Below, one piece after another: positions 41,022 through 49,963 of a DNA stretch of 64,000 nucleotides. Source of the stretch: a virus. Position numbers and translations under genes: made by a program. The DNA lies in the IMG/VR virus record IMGVR_UViG_3300025889_017816, positions 55,475 to 119,474 of that record. One strand, written 5' to 3'. Every line of letters starts with the position of its first letter. Position 1 is the stretch's first letter. A model generated the notes under the pieces. It had not been told where the DNA came from, searched no databases, and was given only the letters and a program-made list of their open reading frames with translations.

Positions 41022-42252
41022 ACCATTCTCTCAATTCGGGGAAAGACTCACAAAAATTTTCGTTTCTTATACTATCAAAATGCTGAGTTAAATTTTTAAA
41101 TTTCTTTTGCCATTCTATATTTGGTTCAGTATCTTCCTGAATAAAATGGTATATGTCGGTCAAATTACTTTTGATTGGACCATCTTCATGTGTATTTAAC
41201 CAATTTAGAATTTTATTTTTTGCTTCAGTTTTTAATTCTGTTGTTAGAACATTGTTCAAATTATAATGATCTGGATTAATTAATTTATAAAAAGAGCAAG
41301 TAGTTGTTTTCCAATCTATCAACCCTTCCTGATGTAAATGATCTAAAAAATCTGTTATTGTTAATATATTAAAAACACCAACTACACAATTGAATGAAAT
41401 AGAAACTGAAGGACATTTTTTTTGAACTATTTTCAAATTTTCTAAAATTTTATTCCATTCGGTACCATGTCTCATGTATTCTGCTCTAGACCCAAAACTA
41501 TCTAAACTACCATACACTTCGACCTTTTTAAACTCATTCCATAAATCGGTGACATTTTTATTTTTAAATTCTAATCTACTGCAATTTGTATTATATCTTA
41601 ATATAACATCCGTGCTGTTATTGTCAATAAGATATTCCAATATTTGATAATGTTCGGGGGTAATTAATGGTTCTCCACCAGCAAAATATAACATTTCCAA
41701 ATCACCTAAATGAGGCTCAAATTGTTTCAGCAAGTTGGGATCCCCATTTGAGGCATGCATTAATCCATTTACTTCTCCGTATCCTTGTTTGAAAGATTCA
41801 GCAGCCCAGGTAGAAGAAAACATATCACCACAAGTTCTGCACTTAAAATTACATAGGTTACTAAACCTAACATCAAAATATTTCAAATGCATCCCAGGAA
41901 GATATCCATCTTCTAAAGTTTCTTTGGTTAAATCAAAATGTTGCCCAAATTCATTGTTTGCAAAATTTCTAAATGAAAATCCACCTGAACCAGTAGATTC
42001 ATGTCTATAACAATTTGCACACCCTTCTACAATTTCACCAGCAAGTAATTTTTTGCGAACTTCTTTTAATTCTGGGCTGTTCCAAAGTTCTTCAATAGAA
42101 GATTCTCTTACATTTCCTATCGGATTTTCGTAACGAGTGGTACAACATGGATATGCAGCTCCATCGGTATTTACATATAGATGTATCCATGGAAACATAC
42201 AAAATGTTTTGTTAGTTTCTAATAACTTATCAAGTTCTGGATGTTTACTCAT
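40996..42252 (-). CDS. Twitch-domain radical SAM enzyme
   Basis: FCMFPWIH...YPCC...C.NCY; DVRFSNLCNFKCRTC; YFAGGEP. Confidence 0.9.
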   Translation of the reverse strand: MSKHPELDKLLETNKTFCMFPWIHLYVNTDGAAYPCCTTRYENPIGNVRESSIEELWNSPELKEVRKKLLAGEIVEGCANCYRHESTGSGGFSFRNFANNEFGQHFDLTKETLEDGYLPGMHLKYFDVRFSNLCNFKCRTCGDMFSSTWAAESFKQGYGEVNGLMHASNGDPNLLKQFEPHLGDLEMLYFAGGEPLITPEHYQILEYLIDNNSTDVILRYNTNCSRLEFKNKNVTDLWNEFKKVEVYGSLDSFGSRAEYMRHGTEWNKILENLKIVQKKCPSVSISFNCVVGVFNILTITDFLDHLHQEGLIDWKTTTCSFYKLINPDHYNLNNVLTTELKTEAKNKILNWLNTHEDGPIKSNLTDIYHFIQEDTEPNIEWQKKFKNLTQHFDSIRNENFCESFPELREWYENLADIE

Positions 42253-43634
42253 AGTTTTTTGCCTGCAAGATAGAAATCCTTGTATTCTGGGAATGTTTCC
42301 AAGAAGTTTGTTCCTCTTCTCTTATCATATTCGGTAAACCATTGATAAAAATCCTTATGACCCATTTCTTGTCTTGCGGGATCATAATGGGTTGCTTCCA
42401 TGTATTTCAAAACACGCTTGAATCTTTCCAACTCAAGTTCAGAAAATTTTGTTACATCATTTTCATCTGTGTTTTGCTTCATGAAGTCATAATGCTTGTA
42501 CATATATGGCATGAAAACATCTTTAGGTAGAATATTCATATCATACTGTATAGGTTCTTTGAGATATGGTGTATCAAAGCGTATCTTTCTTTCCAATGGT
42601 CTTATTTCGTCATCAGGAATGACATCATTGTATTTAATACGCCACTCTAATATTTTCTTTAACAATTTGTCAAAATTTGCAATGCTTAATGCGTTAAAAG
42701 TAATCATGAAAGTAACATGGCTCTTGGTCATGTTCACATAAGTATCTAAATTATTTTCCCAAGTTTGTAAATTCAATCCTGTTCTTAGATATTCGGCCTG
42801 TGGGCCCCATGTATCAACACTACTAAACAATTTAAATTTTTTAATACACTTATTGTCCAATAGTTCAGTAACGTGGTTTGAAAGACGAACAACCCATTCG
42901 TTTTTTCCACCCAAATTACTATTGATGTTTAATTCTAAATTGGGTTGTGGATCTTCTTTCAAAGATTCTAACAATCTCCAAGTACTTTTATGCATCAAAG
43001 GTTCTCCGCCAGTTAAGCGAAGAATGTTCAGAGTTTTTCTAACTTCAGGCCACCATTTCCACCAAGCATCTACATAAGGATTGGTTTCTTCCTCATACAT
43101 AGTGAACCAATCAATATCATTACGATGATTTTTAACCATGGTATAAGGACCATGGGTCTTAATCTCATTATAATATCTTGAAGATGCCTTAGGATGACAA
43201 TATCCACACTTAAAATTACACTCGTTACCAAAACTTAATTCAATATATTCTGGATTAATGTTTTGATCCCATGGTCCGTTTTTAATTTGTTCATATCTTT
43301 CATCTGTGTATATGGATGCTGTACGAATATGTCGGTCAGAAATATAATCAGGACCCATGTCTTCAATGTTCCAACAATATTGACATCCAGAAGGTCTTTC
43401 TCCATTTAACATCTGAAGACGTTCTTGTTTTTTATGTGAAGTATTATGTAGTGCTGAAGGATTATCTTTTAACTCATCCAACATAATTTTATGCGGAGCA
43501 GGGTGATAACAACTATGGGTTTCACCTGTTTGCAAATATATTGTAACGTGGTGCCACTTAGCCAAACAAAAAGTACAGCTTAGTTTATCCACTACAGGTA
43601 AAACTTTTTTAATTCTGTCTAAATCATAACTCAT
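42249..43634 (-). CDS. Twitch-domain radical SAM enzyme
   Basis: FCLAKW...THSCYHP...CQYCW; CNFKCGYC; LTGGEP. Confidence 0.9.
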   Translation of the reverse strand: MSYDLDRIKKVLPVVDKLSCTFCLAKWHHVTIYLQTGETHSCYHPAPHKIMLDELKDNPSALHNTSHKKQERLQMLNGERPSGCQYCWNIEDMGPDYISDRHIRTASIYTDERYEQIKNGPWDQNINPEYIELSFGNECNFKCGYCHPKASSRYYNEIKTHGPYTMVKNHRNDIDWFTMYEEETNPYVDAWWKWWPEVRKTLNILRLTGGEPLMHKSTWRLLESLKEDPQPNLELNINSNLGGKNEWVVRLSNHVTELLDNKCIKKFKLFSSVDTWGPQAEYLRTGLNLQTWENNLDTYVNMTKSHVTFMITFNALSIANFDKLLKKILEWRIKYNDVIPDDEIRPLERKIRFDTPYLKEPIQYDMNILPKDVFMPYMYKHYDFMKQNTDENDVTKFSELELERFKRVLKYMEATHYDPARQEMGHKDFYQWFTEYDKRRGTNFLETFPEYKDFYLAGKKL

Positions 43635-44304
43635 TATACCCTATCTCCATGAATCTTGTGAATTGTACACAATCTAATTCTCCACTATATAAAACTTTAT
43701 CCATTTTATTTTTTTGTAAAAACTCTTTCATGTTTTCCGATGTTCTTATGTGGTCATCCAAAGAAGAAAAATTATTACCCTGTAAACATACCAGTGTGTT
43801 TAATGGTATGTTACCAACCCAAGTATTAAAATCTTCCTGTGTAATATGTTCCGTACTAGTATTAACAATTAGAGTGGTTATTTCTTGAATTTCAATATCT
43901 CTATAGGTGGTTTTAAAATTATGATAAAAAAATTCATCTATTTTAGTCATATCCTGTGTTAGAAATATTATCCTGGGATCATAATTTGTTAACATAGAAC
44001 CCTGGTCCGCACATTTTTCATCCTTATCTATACTATAAACTTTTTTAATATTAGGTAAATTGTCAATAATATACATTGCAGCTAAACCATGCCATCCACC
44101 AAAAACATAGGCTACTCCTTCTTTCTCTAAAGAAGGATTGTTTTTATAGATGTTTTTTATTTCTTCAATCATCCAACCTTTACTTTTTATTTGACTGCCC
44201 CAAAAGGCTTCTAATAAATCATATTTGGTTTTAGGATCTTCCGTATTTCGAATAACATTCATCCAATGGATAAATCTATCCTCAATGATATATGAATGGG
44301 TCAC
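43624..44304 (-). CDS. Class I SAM-dependent methyltransferase-like protein
   Basis: QIKSK.W, VFGGWHG, SIDKD, VNTSTEH, LQGNN. Confidence 0.7.
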   Translation of the reverse strand: MTHSYIIEDRFIHWMNVIRNTEDPKTKYDLLEAFWGSQIKSKGWMIEEIKNIYKNNPSLEKEGVAYVFGGWHGLAAMYIIDNLPNIKKVYSIDKDEKCADQGSMLTNYDPRIIFLTQDMTKIDEFFYHNFKTTYRDIEIQEITTLIVNTSTEHITQEDFNTWVGNIPLNTLVCLQGNNFSSLDDHIRTSENMKEFLQKNKMDKVLYSGELDCVQFTRFMEIGYNEL

Positions 44305-44398
44305 GCTTTCTTAGCTCCTTCATTTTACGCTTATTGCGATATTTTACTAACAAGGATATCATTTTGTCTACAATGATATCAATTAAATTTAAAAACAT
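44282..44398 (-). CDS. Small 38-aa 'RKRDPFIY' protein (not in ORF track)
   Basis: MFLNLIDIIVDKMISLLVKYRNKRKMKELRKRDPFIYH*; starts 1 nt after the upstream stop. Confidence 0.65.
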   Translation of the reverse strand: MFLNLIDIIVDKMISLLVKYRNKRKMKELRKRDPFIYH

Positions 44399-44399
44399 A

Positions 44400-46619
44400 T
44401 TACTCATGTCCAACCTCCAATACAGGTAAAGCTATTTTTTTTCTTCTTGGTGATGCGCCTTGATTGTTCCCCCAATCCCCCTTACCTTGATAATGATATT
44501 CAAAGGAAAAATCTATAGTGGAATTTAAACGTTCTTCTTCTAACAACATATCATAAAAATCACGATCACCTCTTCCGATTTCCAAATCCCAATTTGGCTT
44601 AGCTAACTTTCTTGCTCTGTAAGCTGCATTTGATTGCATCCTACTGTAATCTTGAGCATAAAATGGTCCTTTTCTGCCAGGATTACCGTCTTTATCAAAT
44701 TCATGGGGGTATGGTCGGTCATCATAAGGATTTTCTATCTGATCAAACTTATATTTGAAATCTGCTTCCCATTTACCATCTTCGGTTATAGAAAAATAAA
44801 AATCTGCGTTATACATACCAGGACCAAATTGACTGCCAAATTCTTTTAAATCAATTTCAGGATTGAATTTAACTTTAGCATTATATCCACCTCTGGTTTT
44901 CCATAACATACGGAAAAAAGGCCACATTTCATTAACAAGTGTATTAGCAAAAGGATTTATATCAACTTTAATGATGTTGTAATCAAAATCTTCCCATTCT
45001 ATTTCTCTCATTAATTTAGGATCATGCAATTGAATATCATAATGTTCTTTTGCTAGATTAAAACGAACAGGATATCCAAATGGAACGTCAGTACAACCAG
45101 TCATAAAGTCTAAAAACATATGAAACGTCTTAACTCTGGTCATTACATGAGTTCCACCTATCTTGAAATCATTTGATATCCAGTGTCCTTGGTATTTGTG
45201 AGCACTAACATTGAATTTATGTGTATTTTGTCCTACTATGGACTCTGGACCAACTGCCATACCAACACCTGCACCAACATTGTTGATATTGTTGTTACGA
45301 TTTCTCCAAAGCAAAGTCATACTATCAGCAAAATCTTGAAATTCTTCGTTTGGGAAACCAACAATCCAATTTGTAGCAGCAAAAATACCAACTTCTTTAC
45401 CGCTTTTGAAATTTGCTTCCATTTCTTCTACAGTAACTCTCTTGTTCATCAAATCTAATACTTTTTGACTGCCAGATTCTATTCCATAATTTAAAATTAT
45501 ACATCCACCTTCTTTTAAGTCCTTAAAGAAGTCAAGATCCATTCTTCCATCACATCTAGCATAGCCAGTCCATTTTATATCCAATTTTTTAGCAGCTACG
45601 CCTCGACAAAAAGCTCTAAGTTCATTTAAATTACCATTTACTAAACTATCAATGAACCAAATAATGTCAGTTCCTTTGTTATAATAAAGCCATTCAATTT
45701 CTTCCAAGGCATCGACAGCAGTTCTTTGGCGATATTTCCAGAAATGTGTTTCATCACAAAATGTACATTTTGCTGTACATCCTCTACTGAATTGAGAATT
45801 TACACCATTAGGAAGAGCATATTGCGAGAAGTCAATACTCTCATAATCAGGCAAAGGAAGTCCGTTAATGTTAATTCTTTGATCAACAGGTTGTTTAATA
45901 ATGTGTGTTTCGTTTCTAACCACCCCATTTTCAATTTCTTCTAAAATTTCTAACAAGGCCGCCTCACCTTCACCTACAACCACATAGTCATAATAAGGTT
46001 GTACATTAAACCAACTTTTATGAACATTACTTCCACCAACCATAATTTTAATTTTTGGGTTTCTTCTTTTTAATTCTTGTGCCATCCATTTAGTAGGCTC
46101 TTCACTAATATAATACATCGAAAAACCAACGACATCAGGGTCATATTGTAAAATTTCTTCAATGCCCTCATTCAATAAAGGTTCTAAAAGAGGGTGAATG
46201 TCCCTCATATAGGTTTCACCCAACCAATGCCAACTTGCGCTTGGATCATAAAGTCTAAATGGTATCTTATTGTTAGGACGCCAATCATTGTTATGTGCAT
46301 TGAAGGTTCTAACATTTAGATCCCACAAATTTGTCTCATAACCAGCAGTTTTTGCAATACCACTTAGTAGTGCAATATTGTAAGGAGGCATATGAGGCGA
46401 CCACTCTGGACACATAACCAATGCCAATTTAGTTTTTCTGGTTTTATAATCAATATATAAAGGTGTTAAATTCTTTTGCTCAACAGCCTTAGCATATGGA
46501 GCAATAGCCTCCATCATCGCCACGTGGCGATCATTGGAAATTTCTACTGGTGGTGCTTCTCTAGCCTCTACTTTAGATTTGGCTAGAGAAATCATGTTAA
46601 AATCTACAGGTTTAGTCAT
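44400..46619 (-). CDS. B12-binding-domain radical SAM enzyme
   Basis: PPY.IA.L, DVVGFS, VGG, VVGEGE, LPDY, SRGCTAKCTFC, GIESGSQKVL..MNK, IVGFP.E. Confidence 0.92.
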   Translation of the reverse strand: MTKPVDFNMISLAKSKVEAREAPPVEISNDRHVAMMEAIAPYAKAVEQKNLTPLYIDYKTRKTKLALVMCPEWSPHMPPYNIALLSGIAKTAGYETNLWDLNVRTFNAHNNDWRPNNKIPFRLYDPSASWHWLGETYMRDIHPLLEPLLNEGIEEILQYDPDVVGFSMYYISEEPTKWMAQELKRRNPKIKIMVGGSNVHKSWFNVQPYYDYVVVGEGEAALLEILEEIENGVVRNETHIIKQPVDQRININGLPLPDYESIDFSQYALPNGVNSQFSRGCTAKCTFCDETHFWKYRQRTAVDALEEIEWLYYNKGTDIIWFIDSLVNGNLNELRAFCRGVAAKKLDIKWTGYARCDGRMDLDFFKDLKEGGCIILNYGIESGSQKVLDLMNKRVTVEEMEANFKSGKEVGIFAATNWIVGFPNEEFQDFADSMTLLWRNRNNNINNVGAGVGMAVGPESIVGQNTHKFNVSAHKYQGHWISNDFKIGGTHVMTRVKTFHMFLDFMTGCTDVPFGYPVRFNLAKEHYDIQLHDPKLMREIEWEDFDYNIIKVDINPFANTLVNEMWPFFRMLWKTRGGYNAKVKFNPEIDLKEFGSQFGPGMYNADFYFSITEDGKWEADFKYKFDQIENPYDDRPYPHEFDKDGNPGRKGPFYAQDYSRMQSNAAYRARKLAKPNWDLEIGRGDRDFYDMLLEEERLNSTIDFSFEYHYQGKGDWGNNQGASPRRKKIALPVLEVGHE

Positions 46620-47674
46620 TTTATTGTATAATTTTCTAAGGAACGATTAAGTTGATTGTTCACACGAATGAAATTTGTCTTGGAATACATTTCTGAGACG
46701 TTTTTTGCACCAATATATGCACAAGTTGACCTAATTCCTCCAAAAATTTCTTCGATTGTGTGTTTTACAAGCCCTTTATAAGGAATTTCTACTACTCTGC
46801 CCTCTGAAGCACGATAACTCTTGACAGAATTGTGCTTTTTCTGTGCTTCACGACTGCTCATACCATAAAAAAGTACTTTTCCGTTAACAATTTCACACTC
46901 TGACTCGTCATGGCCGGCAAAAACACTACCTGCCATGACCATTTGGGCACCTATACCTAGTGCCTTTGAGAAATCACCAGGGAAAACGCACCCTCCATCA
47001 CTCTGAACACCACCACCTACTGCATCAGCAGCAGGAACACACTCTTGTAAAGCGGAAAATTGTGGGAATCCAACGCCAGCTACCCTTCTTGTGGTGCAAA
47101 CAGCGCCTGTTCCTATGCCAACTCGTGCTAAATCTGCACCTGAAAGTATTACACGCTCCACGGCCTCAGGTGTTACTACTGTTCCTGCCATAATAAAAGC
47201 GTTTGGAATAGCTTCCCGTACTCTGGAAATGAAATCATAAAAAGAATTCATGTAACCATTAGCAACATCAATAACAATTTTCGGTGTTTCTAGGTTTATT
47301 TCTGAATTAACTGTTAGAAATTTACTTAAATTTACTGCTTTCTCTAGTTCTTGGCCCGACATCCCAATAGAAATGAATGCCTTATCCATTATTTGGTCTA
47401 TTACTGAATTAGATAGATTTTTAATTAAATAATCCATCCATTGTTCTTCTGTAACGTGCTTTGTTATTGCAGTAAAAACATCATAACTTGACAGAGATTC
47501 ATTCATGGAAAATGTACCAACACCATCCATGTTGGCTGCAATAATAGGAACTCCTTTAATTTTAGCTCCCCATTTCCCTGAAATTTCTGTTTTGAGCTTA
47601 ACCTCAGACCTAGAATTAATATCTGAAAACTGTGGCACTATCAAAACATCATCAAAATCTAGCATTATATTCAT
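46616..47674 (-). CDS. guaC: GMP reductase
   Basis: LDFDDVLI.P..S.I.SRS, ANMDGVGT, IDVANGY, GIG.GAVCTTR, SDGGC..PGD, FYGMSS, YRASEG. Confidence 0.93.
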   Translation of the reverse strand: MNIMLDFDDVLIVPQFSDINSRSEVKLKTEISGKWGAKIKGVPIIAANMDGVGTFSMNESLSSYDVFTAITKHVTEEQWMDYLIKNLSNSVIDQIMDKAFISIGMSGQELEKAVNLSKFLTVNSEINLETPKIVIDVANGYMNSFYDFISRVREAIPNAFIMAGTVVTPEAVERVILSGADLARVGIGTGAVCTTRRVAGVGFPQFSALQECVPAADAVGGGVQSDGGCVFPGDFSKALGIGAQMVMAGSVFAGHDESECEIVNGKVLFYGMSSREAQKKHNSVKSYRASEGRVVEIPYKGLVKHTIEEIFGGIRSTCAYIGAKNVSEMYSKTNFIRVNNQLNRSLENYTIK

Positions 47675-47676
47675 AA

Positions 47677-47937
47677 TTAACCTTTTGGATTAGTCACGGT
47701 CTCATAAAGTGTTTCAAAGTTTTTATTAATTTCTTGTTCTTCGGAAAAATTACCCTTGTGATAGGTTCTTGCCAACTTATTTAGTACTTTTCTATTAAGT
47801 TGTAATTCTTCACAAATATTGTCCTTGATATTTTTAATTAAATCACGCTCTGCTTCTACTCTGGTCATGGAAGCAGATAATTCTCTTAGTGATTGTAAAA
47901 GTTTTAGTTTATCTTCGGGGGTGGATGGTAAGGTCAT
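47677..47937 (-). CDS. T4 DsbA-like double-stranded DNA-binding protein
   Basis: E.S.SMTRVEAERDLIK....C.E....KV..KLARTYHK.NF.EE....FETLYE. Confidence 0.75.
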   Translation of the reverse strand: MTLPSTPEDKLKLLQSLRELSASMTRVEAERDLIKNIKDNICEELQLNRKVLNKLARTYHKGNFSEEQEINKNFETLYETVTNPKG

Positions 47938-48848
47938 ACTAAACTCCTATTATGTAAAATTGTTTTGTATTGAAACCAAGCTGCTTCCTTGGCTTTTGTT
48001 TCCAAATCAACATCAATGTTTAGTCCATAGTCATCAATAACATGGTCAGCAAAGTCCGAATGTGCACGAGGATTACCACTTACATTTTCGTGAAAATTCC
48101 TACTTTCAGAATAATGAAACAAAGGTCTTGTTTCACCCCATGTACTAGCTGCCAATGTTGCTGCTTCCTCTGACGATAAACCATCAGGATGGAATGTATG
48201 ATGAAAATAGTCAAACGTTATGGGTGTTTTAATTTGTGAGTAAATGTGTTCGTGGAGTTGTTTGACAGAAAAAGCATTTGCCTTATCATCGTTTTCAACA
48301 ACCAGACGCTTTTTAGTTGTGTCGTCCAACATATGAAAAGTTGAAACAAAGTCTTCGACCACACGTTCACTAAAGTTTTGTCCAACATGAATGTTAAGAC
48401 AATAAAAATGATTAGCAGGGAGACCCATCATTGATAGAAGTTTATCATGATGATTTAGATCATGAATACTTTTCTCAACAACATGAGATTTCACAGATGC
48501 AAGTTTAACAAAATGATCCGGATGGAAAGTAACACGTTGTCCACTTTCCTTTACTATATCACCTGCTTGTTTTAGTACAGAGGAAATTTCCTCAATACCT
48601 GGAACATCTTCCAATTCATATTCTGAATTCCATGGGAATATATTACTACCAATACGAAAAACTTTAACATTGTTTTCCACGTTCCACTGTAGTATGGAAA
48701 TCAAGTCTTTGGAATTTTGTAAGGTTAGTTCAGCAACATAATCTATTCCTTTAGACTTGTATGTAGCTTTACGCATGGTCCTACCAGTGGTAATACCATG
48801 TTTGCCTAAAGTAAGATTGATACAGCAATAACCAAATTGATGGGGCAT
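47934..48848 (-). CDS. uvsE: UV-damage endonuclease UvsE
   Basis: GYCCIN, FRIGS..FP, RVTFHP, NIHVG, RLVVENDD, FDYFHH, HYSES, AHSD, ETKAKE. Confidence 0.93.
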   Translation of the reverse strand: MPHQFGYCCINLTLGKHGITTGRTMRKATYKSKGIDYVAELTLQNSKDLISILQWNVENNVKVFRIGSNIFPWNSEYELEDVPGIEEISSVLKQAGDIVKESGQRVTFHPDHFVKLASVKSHVVEKSIHDLNHHDKLLSMMGLPANHFYCLNIHVGQNFSERVVEDFVSTFHMLDDTTKKRLVVENDDKANAFSVKQLHEHIYSQIKTPITFDYFHHTFHPDGLSSEEAATLAASTWGETRPLFHYSESRNFHENVSGNPRAHSDFADHVIDDYGLNIDVDLETKAKEAAWFQYKTILHNRSLV

Positions 48849-48877
48849 ACAACCTCCTCACAAAATACACATACTAT

Positions 48878-48906
48878 AATATAATAAAAAAACTACAATT
48901 TGTCAA
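48878..48906 (-). promoter_or_regulatory. Sigma70-type promoter TTGACA-17-TATATT
   Basis: Near-consensus boxes upstream of uvsE, followed by GAGGAGG. Confidence 0.75.
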
Positions 48907-48915
48907 TAATAGGGT

Positions 48916-49071
48916 TCACCAATAAGGACTGTAGGTGTGTTCACCATTAGCACCGGGTAGTTTATTCTTTCGGTTATGGGCCTTTCTTTTAACTTTCTTG
49001 GTAGCACCAGTTTTCTTATTTTTTCTTTTTACATAGGACTCTTTAATCCTAGTAGTACCATATTTAGGCAT
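48916..49071 (-). CDS. Small Lys/Arg-rich protein, 51 aa (not in ORF track)
   Basis: MPKYGTTRIKESYVKRKNKKTGATKKVKRKAHNRKNKLPGANGEHTYSPYW*; TAATG coupling to the upstream ORF. Confidence 0.6.
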   Translation of the reverse strand: MPKYGTTRIKESYVKRKNKKTGATKKVKRKAHNRKNKLPGANGEHTYSPYW

Positions 49072-49169
49072 TAATTTCTCCCTTTTCGGTTATTTCTACG
49101 AGCCTTACGCTTCTTACTCCCAATCTTTCTACGTCCTGTACGTGGACGATTTTTATGTGGATGTGGCAT
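49071..49169 (-). CDS. Very basic 32-aa peptide (not in ORF track)
   Basis: MPHPHKNRPRTGRRKIGSKKRKARRNNRKGRN*; AGGAG RBS at normal spacing. Confidence 0.65.
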   Translation of the reverse strand: MPHPHKNRPRTGRRKIGSKKRKARRNNRKGRN

Positions 49170-49183
49170 ATTATTCTCCTATA

Positions 49184-49963
49184 TCATAAACCCATTTTTT
49201 CTCTAATTTTTGTAGCACTAATTGCTTCAGTTTCATCATCTAATTTAATTTGCTCCACCTTGTAACCAACATCACGTCCATAATAAACACCTGTGATATT
49301 AGGAGCTCTCATTATCTTATACATCCCAAAGTATTTATTACCTAGAGCACGGTTAATGCCTAATTCAACTTCACGGAAATTAAAAGGATTTTTACTGTCT
49401 CCATGAGTATCACGAATTACTATTAATACTTGTCCTTCTTTTTTCAACATGGTCTCAAATAATTTCTTGTGACCATCATGAAATGGTTGAAATCTACCAA
49501 TCATTAATGCAGTTGGTTTCTTGTCATCAAACTTTGTGAACATAGAATTCATGAACATAGCTCTTTCAAATATTATGTCCAGTAAACTAGGTTCGTTCCA
49601 ATCCATGACCTGATAATCTATATCATGTATGCCTGGAGCTTCGAACATCTTGTTTGTGTCTGTGAATCTACCTTCACGAATTGTATTCATCCATATTGTA
49701 TAATCTGCATCAAATATATCTCTGGTTTCTTTTGTAGGACAAACAAAGTCACAAACACTATTCTTGCCCATGTTTTCAGCAACCATACTTAAATTTTTCA
49801 TGCGCTCTGCTTGACGTAATCTAGCTTCTGGAGAAAAATCCCAGTCATTAAAACTTTTTCTAATTTCGTCTGCATTAAAATGTACTGCATCAAATTTCTT
49901 TGCTAATTTTTCTGAGAAAGTAGTTTTCCCAGATCCAGGTAATCCCATAACTAATATTCTCAT
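49184..49963 (-). CDS. Adenylyl-sulfate-kinase-like domain fused to an HxGH nucleotidyltransferase domain
   Basis: GLPGSGKTT, NADEIR...DWDFS...R.RQA.R, FEAP; then GRFQPFHDGH...GRDVGY...ISATKIR. Confidence 0.82.
   Translation of the reverse strand: MRILVMGLPGSGKTTFSEKLAKKFDAVHFNADEIRKSFNDWDFSPEARLRQAERMKNLSMVAENMGKNSVCDFVCPTKETRDIFDADYTIWMNTIREGRFTDTNKMFEAPGIHDIDYQVMDWNEPSLLDIIFERAMFMNSMFTKFDDKKPTALMIGRFQPFHDGHKKLFETMLKKEGQVLIVIRDTHGDSKNPFNFREVELGINRALGNKYFGMYKIMRAPNITGVYYGRDVGYKVEQIKLDDETEAISATKIREKMGL

Noticed and set aside
22876-49963. Saxitoxin-like cluster (carbamoyltransferase, amidinotransferase, GDSL protein and APS kinase parallel SxtI/G/L/O)
   Set aside because: No SxtA-like PKS/aminotransferase or other core genes; these families are widespread, and the context is dominated by GT-like and radical-SAM genes.
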